DNA of 59,369 bases from the NCBI GenBank assembly GCA_039714275.1, contig JBDLJO010000001.1, positions 1 through 59,369 of the forward strand, read 5' to 3'. The DNA is from Chloroflexota bacterium (GTDB taxonomy: Bacteria; Chloroflexota; Anaerolineae; Anaerolineales; UBA11858). The notes beneath the pieces were generated by a model. It saw only the letters and a list, made by a program, of their open reading frames with translations. It did not search any database and was not told where the DNA came from. Shown here piece by piece: positions 27,786 through 36,850 of the stretch; position 1 is the first letter of the stretch, and each line of letters opens with the position of its first letter. A program made the translations under genes and the position numbers.

Positions 27786-29274
27786 GCCAACGATTTATGA
27801 TATTTCTTCTCCAGGCCGGCAGGGAATGTACTATCCGGACCCTGATGTACCTTTGGCATCACTTCCAGATTCCCTAATTCGCAAAGATTTTCCCTTTCCA
27901 GAAATTTCTGAGATTGATGTTGTACGGCACTACACCCGCCTTTCTCAGCTTAATCACGGTGTCGATACCGGCTTCTACCCCTTAGGATCCTGTACTATGA
28001 AATACAATCCTAAGATCAATGAGGAAACGGCTCGGATGCCAGGCTTTACGCAGCTTCATCCACTGCAGCCTTTTGAAACAGCGCAAGGTGCATTGGGCCT
28101 AATGTATGAAACACAGGAATGGCTAAAAGCTATTAGCGGTTTTGATGCTGTTACCTTACAACCAGCGGCTGGTGCTCACGGAGAAATGACGGGTGTTCTA
28201 ATCATGAAAGCGTACCATCGCAGCCGTGGAGATAATAAACGCATAAAAATGCTGCTCCCTGATTCAGCCCATGGAACCAACCCGGCTTCATCAGCCATGA
28301 CTGGATTGAAGAGCGTACAAATTCTTTCAGACGAGCGCGGAAACGTTGATCTTGCCGCTTTGCGAGCCGAGTGCGATGATACCCTTGCAGGGTTAATGAT
28401 AACCAATCCCAATACCCTGGGGCTATTTGATGAAAACTTGGAAGAAGTCGTAAAAATCGTTCACGATGCTGGAGGACTGGTTTATGGTGATGGTGCTAAC
28501 TTAAACGCCATCATGGGTATTTCCCGTCCTGCTGACTCCGGCATTGATGTTATGCATTTTAATTTACATAAGACTTTCTCGACACCTCATGGCGGCGGTG
28601 GACCGGGATCTGGTCCAGTAGGTGTAACTGCTGAACTCTCCCAATTTCTCCCCTCCCCCATAGTTGATATTATCGAAGATGCAGATGACGACGGAGCCCC
28701 GCTATATGGTCTTGTAACACCTGAAAACACGATTGGCCGCGTGAAATCCTTCCATGGTCACTTTGGTATTCTTGTTCGTGCTTTCACCTATATGATCATG
28801 CTGGGCGAAAAAGGATTGCGTCAAGCATCCGAACATGCCGTTCTTAATGCCAACTATTTGCAAGCCTTACTACGAGATACGTATAAGATACCGCATGACC
28901 GGATCTGTATGCATGAGTTCGTCATGGAGGGACATTGGGAAGATGCCCCTGGGATACACGCTTTAGATATCTCCAAACGGTTAATGGATTTTGGGTTCCA
29001 TCCCCCCACTAATTACTTCCCCTTAATCGTGCCTGAAGCATTGATGATTGAACCTACAGAAACAGAAAACAAAGAAACACTAGATGCCTTTGTGGATGCT
29101 TTAATTCAAATTGCCGATGAAGCCCATAATAATCCCGAGATACTACAAAACGCACCGCACAATACCCTTTTTGGCCGCATGGATGAAGTCCAAGCAGCCA
29201 GAAATTTGGTTTTGTGCTGCTGGCTTCCAGAAGATTATGAAGAATCAGCGCCACAACCCTTGATTCTTGATTAG
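27778..29274 (+). CDS. gcvPB: glycine dehydrogenase (aminomethyl-transferring) subunit 2
   Basis: PLGSCTMKYNP; PLP-lysine region NLHKTFSTPHGGGGPG. ATG 27778 overlaps the gcvPA stop by 8 nt. Confidence 0.95.
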   Translation: MPEPTIYDISSPGRQGMYYPDPDVPLASLPDSLIRKDFPFPEISEIDVVRHYTRLSQLNHGVDTGFYPLGSCTMKYNPKINEETARMPGFTQLHPLQPFETAQGALGLMYETQEWLKAISGFDAVTLQPAAGAHGEMTGVLIMKAYHRSRGDNKRIKMLLPDSAHGTNPASSAMTGLKSVQILSDERGNVDLAALRAECDDTLAGLMITNPNTLGLFDENLEEVVKIVHDAGGLVYGDGANLNAIMGISRPADSGIDVMHFNLHKTFSTPHGGGGPGSGPVGVTAELSQFLPSPIVDIIEDADDDGAPLYGLVTPENTIGRVKSFHGHFGILVRAFTYMIMLGEKGLRQASEHAVLNANYLQALLRDTYKIPHDRICMHEFVMEGHWEDAPGIHALDISKRLMDFGFHPPTNYFPLIVPEALMIEPTETENKETLDAFVDALIQIADEAHNNPEILQNAPHNTLFGRMDEVQAARNLVLCCWLPEDYEESAPQPLILD

Positions 29275-29293
29275 GGTAATTTCCGGCACCATT

Positions 29294-29330
29294 AAATCCC
29301 GGTTCTTGTCTGAACCGGGATTTATTCATT
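29294..29330 (+). terminator. rho-independent terminator after gcvPB
   Basis: 12-bp perfect stem AAATCCCGGTTC (29294-29305) / GAACCGGGATTT (29312-29323), then a T-rich tail. Confidence 0.7.
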
Positions 29331-29494
29331 AATTAGGCTTAGCCCATAAATATAGGTAAAAAAATAATTAACTTTTTAAATAGCTGCTTCTGTTAAATAT
29401 TTTGGAATCTTTCGCACTACCTGATTAATCCATACATGACACAATCTACGTGATAAAATTGGCTTCTCTCAGTCAGACATCACTAAATAAACCT

Positions 29495-31204
29495 ATGACT
29501 AATAATAAAATCCAATTTACTCCCATAAGTGAGATAATCGAAGTCCACATTCCAGATGGACGTGTGCTATCAGGACCGCGCGGTTCAACTGTCGGTGCTT
29601 TTTTGAACCAATTACAACAAGAGCGAGATGATTTGATCGTAGGGGCAATCGTTAACAATCAATTACGCGAGTTATCTTACACATTAGACATGGATGCTCA
29701 CGTAAACCCAGTCAGCACCAGCCAAGCAGATGGAATGCGCTTTTATCGTCGTTCGCTAACATTTCTTCTCGAAACAGCCTTCAATGAGCTTTTCCCGAAC
29801 GCGAATCTTGCTATCGACCACTCCATTGCCTCAGGTGGCTATTTCTGCCAAATCTTCGATCGTGCTTCACTTTCGGGTGATGATTTAGCAGCACTCGAAA
29901 ATCGCATGCACGAACTCGTAGATCAAGATATCCCCTTCAAGCGAAAAAGAGTATCGTTAGATGATGCAACCAACTATTTTTCTGAAGCCGGACATACGGA
30001 TAAAGTTCGCTTGCTAGAGTATCGACAAAAAGATTATCTTGAACTCTATAGTTTAGGTAAGCGGCTCGATTATCACCATGGCTATTTAGTACCTTCAACC
30101 GGCTATCTCAAGTGGTTTAAAATATCTGCTATGGGAGATGGATTTGTACTCCGTTTCCCTCGGCGGCACAAACCCAACGAAATTCTTCCTCTCCCCGACA
30201 CATCCAATATGTTGGCTACTTTTCGCCAGTACGGAGATTGGTTGCAGCGCCTCGGCATTAATAATGTAGGCATGCTTAACGATAAAATCCAACATAAACG
30301 TGTCCGGGAGGTGATATTAATTTCTGAAGCTTTGCACGAACAACGCATAGCTTCCATTGCCAGTCAAATTGCTGATCAAATCGATCAATTGCGCGTTGTT
30401 CTTATTGCAGGACCATCATCATCGGGTAAAACCACATTTTCTAAGCGTTTGGCAATTCAACTTCTAGCCTTGGGCATTTCACCTTTTCCGCTTGAAATGG
30501 ACCGCTATTTTGTTGATCGCGATCAAACTCCTCTGGATGAAAATGGTGAGTATAACTTTGAAACCATTAAAGCCGTTGATACTAAAACTTTAGGAGATAA
30601 CGTACAGAAGTTAATTTTAGGAGAAAAAGTTCGCGTACCTCACTTTGATTTCAAATCTGGGACAAGTTCTCCAGGAGATACCATCCGCTTACTCCCAGGT
30701 CAAATTATTATTTTAGAGGGGATTCACGGCATGAATCCCGAACTACTCCCCAATATTCCAGACCACCAAACTTTCCGAATTTACGCTTCGGCCCTAACAC
30801 AGTTGAATCTTGATGCCCACAATCGTGTATCTACTACTGATACTCGCTTAATACGACGCATTGTGCGTGATGCTCGTGAGCGTGGTTATTCCGCCCAAGA
30901 CACAATTGGCCGATGGGAATCTGTACGGCGGGGTGAAAAACGATATATTTTTCCTCACCAAGGCAATGCTGATACGATTTTTAATTCAGCGCTCGTTTAC
31001 GAACTTTCAGCGCTTAAAGTACTGGCCGAACCTTTATTAAGACAGGTTCCCTTTGGAACTCGTGAACACCTGGAAGCTAAACGGTTGCTATCCTTGATAG
31101 AATGGTTCCGCCCCCTAGACATTGATCTAATACCAGACAACTCATTATTACGTGAATTTATGGGATTTTCTATTCTCCATAATTTCAAAATATGGCAATC
31201 TTAA
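29495..31204 (+). CDS. uridine-kinase/PRK-family nucleoside kinase fused to an N-terminal TGS and ThrRS-like second additional domain
   Basis: N-terminal beta-grasp region (IEVHIPDGRVLSGPRGSTVGAFL). P-loop IAGPSSSGKTTFSKRL, then IILEGIHG and RRIVRD as in Udk. The start is uncertain (GTG 29450 or ATG 29495). Confidence 0.65.
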   Translation: MTNNKIQFTPISEIIEVHIPDGRVLSGPRGSTVGAFLNQLQQERDDLIVGAIVNNQLRELSYTLDMDAHVNPVSTSQADGMRFYRRSLTFLLETAFNELFPNANLAIDHSIASGGYFCQIFDRASLSGDDLAALENRMHELVDQDIPFKRKRVSLDDATNYFSEAGHTDKVRLLEYRQKDYLELYSLGKRLDYHHGYLVPSTGYLKWFKISAMGDGFVLRFPRRHKPNEILPLPDTSNMLATFRQYGDWLQRLGINNVGMLNDKIQHKRVREVILISEALHEQRIASIASQIADQIDQLRVVLIAGPSSSGKTTFSKRLAIQLLALGISPFPLEMDRYFVDRDQTPLDENGEYNFETIKAVDTKTLGDNVQKLILGEKVRVPHFDFKSGTSSPGDTIRLLPGQIIILEGIHGMNPELLPNIPDHQTFRIYASALTQLNLDAHNRVSTTDTRLIRRIVRDARERGYSAQDTIGRWESVRRGEKRYIFPHQGNADTIFNSALVYELSALKVLAEPLLRQVPFGTREHLEAKRLLSLIEWFRPLDIDLIPDNSLLREFMGFSILHNFKIWQS

Positions 31205-31309
31205 CTCTAACACCAGTCACCAAATATGATCACATAGGTCTTTTTCTATATCAAGAAAAGACAGAAGCTTCCTAATCGATTCCATACTATTTTAATCTCC
31301 TAGGAACAC

Positions 31310-31362
31310 AAAAAAAGCACACCGGAGAACACGATTTAGCAACATGTTCTCCGGTGTGCTTT
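31310..31362 (-). terminator. strong intrinsic terminator closing the 28-kb minus-strand array (possibly bidirectional)
   Basis: 16-bp perfect stem AGCACACCGGAGAACA (31316-31331) / TGTTCTCCGGTGTGCT (31345-31360). On the minus strand it is followed by a U7 tract (A-run 31310-31316). Confidence 0.85.
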
Positions 31363-31408
31363 AAGATTTAATAATCACCAGAAATGTAATTAACCTGTTT
31401 TTGTAACT

Positions 31409-32629
31409 TTAACCCAATATTTCAGACAGCACTTGTCCCAAACGTATGATTCCTTCTTGGATCATTTCCGGTTTTGAGTTCGAGAAGTTCAGTCGCATAG
31501 TATTCAAACCACCCCCATTTGCATGAAATGGTCCGCCCGGCACGAAAGCCACTTTCTTCTCGACTGCTTTTGTTAGAATCTCAGCAGCATCCACGCCCTC
31601 TGGCAAGGTCACCCAGAGGAACATACCTCCGTCTGGGTGTGTCCAATGTACATTTTCAGGGAAATGTTCAGCCATTGAATCCAACATAACCTTTCGACGC
31701 TTGTTATAAGTTTCCCTGATAATTTCAACATGCTGATCCAAGAATTCATCTTGAGCTGTTTGAAACGCAACAAGTTGGGTAAAGGTTGATGTATGTAAAT
31801 CAGCACCTTGCTTAGCCTGCACCATCTTTGCAATCACTTCTTTTGGGGCAACTACCCAAGCCAAACGAAAACCCGGGGCTAATATTTTAGAAAACGTACT
31901 CATATAAATTACGTTGCCCTGGTATGAAGCGTTTTCATTATTACGATAGAGGCTATCTAAGACTACTACGGGGGATAAGTGCTTGCCAATATACCGAAGT
32001 TGCCCATAAGGATCATCTTCAATCAAAGGAACGCCGTATTGATCAGCTAAACGAATTAATTCTTCACGCCGATTCAATGAGAGTGTGACCCCGGTTGGGT
32101 TCTGAAAATTGGGCAGTACATAAATAAACTTTGGCCCAGTGCGCAGAGCTGCCTCAAGCGAGTCCGTTATCATACCGTGATTATCAAAAGGTACTGAAAC
32201 AAATTCAGGACCATAAGCATTCCAGGCTTGCAAGGCACCTAAATAAGTTGGAGATTCTACGAGTACGCGATCCCCCCGATTTATAAATATTTTCCCTAGA
32301 ATATCTAAAGCCTGCTGAGAACCCGAAGTGATTAGTATATTTTCAACATCAACATTTAGTCCAAAACGCGATGACCGTTCAACAATTAACTCACGCAAAG
32401 GTGTATATCCCTGAGTGATTCCATATTGCAGCGCCTTATCAGCATTCATGCTGAGAACGCGTTCTGTAGCGGCTTTTACGGCCTCGGCAGGAAAAACCTC
32501 TGGCGCCGGAAGCCCACCGGCAAAAGATATTACTCCAGGAAGTTGCGTAAATTTTAGTATTTCCCGAATTGCCGAACTTTGCATCCTTTGGGTACGCTGT
32601 GCAAAACGATGCTCCCAGGGTGTTTGCAT
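31409..32629 (-). CDS. PLP-dependent aminotransferase, class I/II (2-aminoadipate/aromatic aminotransferase-like)
   Basis: FAGGLP, NPTG, PLP-lysine motif STFSKILAPGFRLAW. ATG 32629 has an AAGGAG SD. Confidence 0.8.
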   Translation of the reverse strand: MQTPWEHRFAQRTQRMQSSAIREILKFTQLPGVISFAGGLPAPEVFPAEAVKAATERVLSMNADKALQYGITQGYTPLRELIVERSSRFGLNVDVENILITSGSQQALDILGKIFINRGDRVLVESPTYLGALQAWNAYGPEFVSVPFDNHGMITDSLEAALRTGPKFIYVLPNFQNPTGVTLSLNRREELIRLADQYGVPLIEDDPYGQLRYIGKHLSPVVVLDSLYRNNENASYQGNVIYMSTFSKILAPGFRLAWVVAPKEVIAKMVQAKQGADLHTSTFTQLVAFQTAQDEFLDQHVEIIRETYNKRRKVMLDSMAEHFPENVHWTHPDGGMFLWVTLPEGVDAAEILTKAVEKKVAFVPGGPFHANGGGLNTMRLNFSNSKPEMIQEGIIRLGQVLSEILG

Positions 32630-32687
32630 TAGGAAATCTCCTTGCAATAGTTTAATTAATAAATTCGATTCTAGATATCTATGCTAA

Positions 32688-35600
32688 CTACAGTGCGATT
32701 ATCTTTTTAGGGAACCGGCGAAGTACACTTGCTGCGCTTGGCATAGTAATACGATCACCAGAGCGAAGCTCTGCCGGCGCCTTATTGGGTTTGTCAGACG
32801 CACCTTGGAAGATATAAATTTTTGTGCCTTCTTTGGCATGCTTCAAAGCAACAAATGCCTGTCCTAGCAAGAATCCTTCGCTATCTGCAGCACAACTTGT
32901 CACCTCTCCGATTACACGGCCGTTAGCATCCATAACGGGATCTCCAGGATGCGCCATTCGTACACGTTTTTTATCAAAGCGGAAACGGACAACAACGCCT
33001 TTGCGCTTTACCTCACGAGCCAGGTAAGCATCGCGTCCAATGAACCAGGGTTTATATGTTTTCACATATGAACCAAACCCTGCTTCGGCAACGCCATTAT
33101 TCAAATCACCGCCCATTTCATGACCATATAAAGGTAATCCCGCCTCTGTGCGCAGCGAATCACGCGCTCCTAAACCAACGGGAACTAAACCAAATGGTTT
33201 GCCAACTTCAAGCAATTTTTTGAATAAATCTTGCGCTTTATCAGGATGTACGAATAATTCAAAAGCCATTTTTTCGCCGGTATAACCCGTGCGGGAAACG
33301 ATCAAGTCGAATCCACCCACTACAGCATCACAGAGCTGTGTGCGTTTTAGTTTCATAATGCGCTTTCGAGTTATATCATCAACGCCCAAAGCCAAAAGGA
33401 TTTCACGTGAGCGCGGACCTTGTAATGGTAGGTCAACGCGCATATCGGCACCTTCTTTAGGATCGCGCAAATTCCTCAAAATTACGTTTCGGCCAAAGGC
33501 ACGAGCCCATGGGTGTTCATTATCTACTTTGACTTGACCTTCCCGAACAGCATTTAGCCAAGTCCAATCCTTATCATCGTTGGAAGCATTGACTACAACA
33601 AGATATTTCTGCTCCGCGCGACAATATACTAAAAGATCATCAATAACGTTTGCATCGGGAGTCAGGAAATGTGTGTAGAGAGATTCCCCTACATCTAATG
33701 AGTTGATATCATTACTGCAAACGCTATCCAGGAAAGATGCTGCGTCTGGTCCTTCCGCTTGATAGACGCCCATATGGGCAGCATCGAACAGCCCAGCAGC
33801 TCGACGAACGGCTAAATGCTCATCCATCACCGAACCGTAACGAACGGGCATTTCCCATCCAGCAAAGGGCACCATGCGTCCACCCAACTCAACATGCAAA
33901 TCATAAATCGGTGTACGTTGAATTTGTGCATCTTCTTCTTCCCATGCATAGTCAGGTAAAGGTTCTCCTGATCCCTCAGAAATACCGATAAAATACGGTT
34001 TCGTTCCTTCGGGAACCTCTATATTCTTTATTGGCGTCTCGTCCGCTGTATGTGGTATAGATTTCACCCAAACAGGTCCCGGCACCTTACGCAGCAAATC
34101 ATCATCAACACGCACATAGCCATCAGAGAGATCTCTCAACCAGGCAGATGCAAGACCAGCCTGAGTGCTTGAAACTGCAAGACGGAACAGATGTGTCCCC
34201 ACACAAGTAAGCGTGGCATCTACCTCGCCTTGAGGGGTAAAAAAGCGTGTCGGTTGTGATTCTCCATCGGCAAGAGATTCCACATCGCTGGCAAAAACAA
34301 CATTAAGGAATTGTCTGATGCGTGCACCGCCCAATTCAAAGGCTGCTGCATCACCTGAGTATTGATCATCCATATAATAAAAATGTGGATAACTATGGTC
34401 ACCAGGCTCAAAATCAATCCCTGCACCAGTAGCCAATTCTCGCACTTTTAGCTTTGCATTCTGGAAAGCAGAAAAATCGACCTTGGCACGTAAAGCTTTC
34501 CCTTGATAGTAGGGTGTAGCAGCCTGAAGAATATCAGCAATAGCATCAGCAAGAGCGATGGATTCATCTTCTTTAAACCCGCGTTGTGTAACCCAGGGCA
34601 TACCCATACGAACACCTGAAGGTTTAAGTGCAGAGCGATCACCAGGAATCGTATTACGATTGGTAGTTATGCCTGCTAAGTCGAGTAATCTAGCAGCCAA
34701 ATCCCCACTTAGCGTTGCACCATCATCGCCCTTTATAGACTTTGTGTCCAGATTCATCAAATGCGTATTAGTCCCACCAAAGGGGATTGTAAATCCACGC
34801 TCAGCAAGGCGATCCGTAAATACGGCACAATTTTTTACTACTTGCGTTTGCAGTTCACGGAATTGTTCGGTTTGTGAGATTTTAAATGCCAGGGCCATAG
34901 CTGCAAAGACATTAACATGTGGACCACCCTGCTCACCAGGAAATACGGCTCTATCAATCTTTCGAGCTAATAACCGGTTAGTAGTCATAATAATTGCACC
35001 GCGCGGTCCATTTAGGGTCTTATGTGTGGTGGATGTAACCACGTCTGCAATACCGATTGGCGAAGGATAAATACCTGCAGCAACAAGACCAGCCACGTGA
35101 GCAATATCAGTTAGCAAGTAGGCGTCAACTTTATCAGCAATTTCGCGGAACCGAGCCCAATTAATTTGCCAGGGATATGAAGATACCCCTGCAATGATCA
35201 TCCGAGGTTTATGCTCAAGAGCCAATGCTTCAACATCATCGTAATCGATTTTCTCAGTATCAGCATTAATGGAGTAAGACACGATATTGTAATATTTACC
35301 CGATCTATTTACCGGTGATCCGTGTGAAAGGTGACCTCCAAAAAGCAAATCCATGCCCATGACGGTATCACCCGGTTTAACCAAAGCGTGATAAACAGCA
35401 TTATTTGCTGGCCCCCCCGAGAGAGCCTGAACATTTACGTAAATCTCATCAGCGTTGACATCATTAGCAGCAAAGGTTTCTGCGCATCGCCGGCGTGCCA
35501 GCGCTTCAACTACATTTGCATATTCCACACCTTTATAATATCGAGGATCGGAATATCTACGATCTTCCGCAAGTCGATTATCATAATCTAATATTTCATC

Positions 35601-35813
35601 TTCGTTGAGAAACCTAGTATATTCCGAGGGATAACCTTCGGCATAAACATTGTGGAATGCAGTGGAAAGGGCTTCACGAACAGCTAGTGGGGATGTGCTT
35701 TCACTTGGTATGAGGATCAGTTTACGATATTGTCGTTCCGCTTCAATTTCAGTTAATTCAGCAAGTTTGGGGTCTAAATCAGTTAGTTTGCCGCGGAAAA
35801 GAAAGTCAGCCAT
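32688..35813 (-). CDS. glyA-gcvT: fusion protein: serine hydroxymethyltransferase (N-terminal), partial GcvT-like repeat, and full aminomethyltransferase GcvT (C-terminal)
   Basis: Residues 1-460 are SHMT (LIPSESTSP, YAEGYP, GGHLSHGSPVN, PLP site TSTTHKTLNGPRGA). Residues 631-1041 are GcvT (RTPIYDLHVELGGRMVPFAGWEMPVRYGSVMDEHLAVRRAAGLFDAAHMG, SRTGYTGE, ARDSLRTEAGLPLYGHE). One uninterrupted 1041-codon ORF. Confidence 0.9.
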   Translation of the reverse strand: MADFLFRGKLTDLDPKLAELTEIEAERQYRKLILIPSESTSPLAVREALSTAFHNVYAEGYPSEYTRFLNEDEILDYDNRLAEDRRYSDPRYYKGVEYANVVEALARRRCAETFAANDVNADEIYVNVQALSGGPANNAVYHALVKPGDTVMGMDLLFGGHLSHGSPVNRSGKYYNIVSYSINADTEKIDYDDVEALALEHKPRMIIAGVSSYPWQINWARFREIADKVDAYLLTDIAHVAGLVAAGIYPSPIGIADVVTSTTHKTLNGPRGAIIMTTNRLLARKIDRAVFPGEQGGPHVNVFAAMALAFKISQTEQFRELQTQVVKNCAVFTDRLAERGFTIPFGGTNTHLMNLDTKSIKGDDGATLSGDLAARLLDLAGITTNRNTIPGDRSALKPSGVRMGMPWVTQRGFKEDESIALADAIADILQAATPYYQGKALRAKVDFSAFQNAKLKVRELATGAGIDFEPGDHSYPHFYYMDDQYSGDAAAFELGGARIRQFLNVVFASDVESLADGESQPTRFFTPQGEVDATLTCVGTHLFRLAVSSTQAGLASAWLRDLSDGYVRVDDDLLRKVPGPVWVKSIPHTADETPIKNIEVPEGTKPYFIGISEGSGEPLPDYAWEEEDAQIQRTPIYDLHVELGGRMVPFAGWEMPVRYGSVMDEHLAVRRAAGLFDAAHMGVYQAEGPDAASFLDSVCSNDINSLDVGESLYTHFLTPDANVIDDLLVYCRAEQKYLVVVNASNDDKDWTWLNAVREGQVKVDNEHPWARAFGRNVILRNLRDPKEGADMRVDLPLQGPRSREILLALGVDDITRKRIMKLKRTQLCDAVVGGFDLIVSRTGYTGEKMAFELFVHPDKAQDLFKKLLEVGKPFGLVPVGLGARDSLRTEAGLPLYGHEMGGDLNNGVAEAGFGSYVKTYKPWFIGRDAYLAREVKRKGVVVRFRFDKKRVRMAHPGDPVMDANGRVIGEVTSCAADSEGFLLGQAFVALKHAKEGTKIYIFQGASDKPNKAPAELRSGDRITMPSAASVLRRFPKKIIAL

Positions 35814-35876
35814 CGTTGTCTCCTAAGAAAAAAAGTAAAACAATTCAATTACATGTGTTAGTTGTCAGACAATTAA

Positions 35877-35905
35877 ATTGTAATTCTAAGATATGCAGTG
35901 GTCAA
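35877..35905 (-). promoter_or_regulatory. sigma-70-type promoter for the glyA-gcvT fusion gene
   Basis: On the minus strand: TTGACC (35905-35900), 17-nt spacer, TACAAT (35882-35877). The leader of about 55-60 nt ends in an AGGAGA SD. Confidence 0.55.
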
Positions 35906-35968
35906 GTTACGAATGACACAAATTAGCAAAAATGTGTAGTCCACGCTACATTTTTCTCTAAGACACCT

Positions 35969-36850
35969 TCATTTTTTTAAAAATTTTATCAATAGTGGAT
36001 TCACAATTTCAGGGCATTCGTAATGCGGTAAATGACCGGCGTGCTCAACCACGTGAAATTCAGTATCAGGCATTAAATCTAAAATAATACGGCTGTGTGA
36101 GATCGGTATCGTGTGATCATTCCGACCCCAAATCAATAGTTTTGGGTATCTTTGTCCACCCACAAGCTTATAAATTGATGAAAAATCCCCCAACATACCC
36201 GCTCGCATTGTGCGGATCAGGGAACGTTTAAACCCTTGATATTTCATTTGTTCTTGATAGCGATGGAGAAAATTCTTAATATTTTGTGGTTTATAAAAAT
36301 CTTTTGCCGTTCCTTTAAGCAGCATCCTATTTCCTAACCAACCAAAGATCAACTCCCCGGCAACAGGAAGCACACCCAATAAAGATAAGAGTGAAAATTT
36401 TGTCGATTTCCCTCCAACAGGATCAATCAAAACCAAACTTCTCACTTTTATTGGATGACGATTACAGAAGTTAATTACAATTGGACCACCCATTGAGAGC
36501 CCAATTAAATCAACTTGTTTCTCAATCTTTAATGCATCCAACAAATCTACTAATTGGTCATCATATAGATCTAATCCATAGGAAGTATTTGGACGGTCAG
36601 ATGTGCCACGGCCGAAAAGATCATAACGAAGCACCCGAAACCCTGCTTCTACAAGCGCACTAAATGTGGGATCCCAAATATATGACGGAACTGAAAACCC
36701 ATGCACAAACACAATTGTTTGCTCATCCTCAGATCCAGATAGCTCATAATGGGTTACACCGTTTTTTAACTTAACAAAACTACCCGGGAGAGCGGCACGC
36801 GACTCGGAATCAAGTCTCTTCGTTTCCCGGCTGAAAAACAAGGACATCAT
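35969..36850 (-). CDS. alpha/beta-fold hydrolase
   Basis: HGFSVPS oxyanion region, nucleophile elbow GLSMGG, and a C-terminal HxxH region (EHAGHLPH). Start overlaps the upstream stop (ATGA). Confidence 0.8.
   Translation of the reverse strand: MMSLFFSRETKRLDSESRAALPGSFVKLKNGVTHYELSGSEDEQTIVFVHGFSVPSYIWDPTFSALVEAGFRVLRYDLFGRGTSDRPNTSYGLDLYDDQLVDLLDALKIEKQVDLIGLSMGGPIVINFCNRHPIKVRSLVLIDPVGGKSTKFSLLSLLGVLPVAGELIFGWLGNRMLLKGTAKDFYKPQNIKNFLHRYQEQMKYQGFKRSLIRTMRAGMLGDFSSIYKLVGGQRYPKLLIWGRNDHTIPISHSRIILDLMPDTEFHVVEHAGHLPHYECPEIVNPLLIKFLKK

Noticed and set aside
34558-35070. 170-aa plus-strand ORF, and many similar 60-120-aa ORFs (e.g. 1873-2166, 2311-2616, 33289-33537, 37568-37924, 47989-48282, 49255-49611, 51489-51830, 52839-53120).
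   Set aside because: All lie antisense to, or out of frame within, long ORFs that carry unambiguous family motifs. Their products are low-complexity (S/P/R/A-rich or I/F-rich) with no SD. They are typical shadow ORFs.
35814-35968. Possible glycine or THF riboswitch in front of the glyA-gcvT fusion.
   Set aside because: No GGAGAG/ACCGAAGG/CUCAGG elements occur on the minus strand. The region holds only a promoter-like TTGACC-17-TACAAT, a short leader and a weak 5-bp hairpin (35934-35950).
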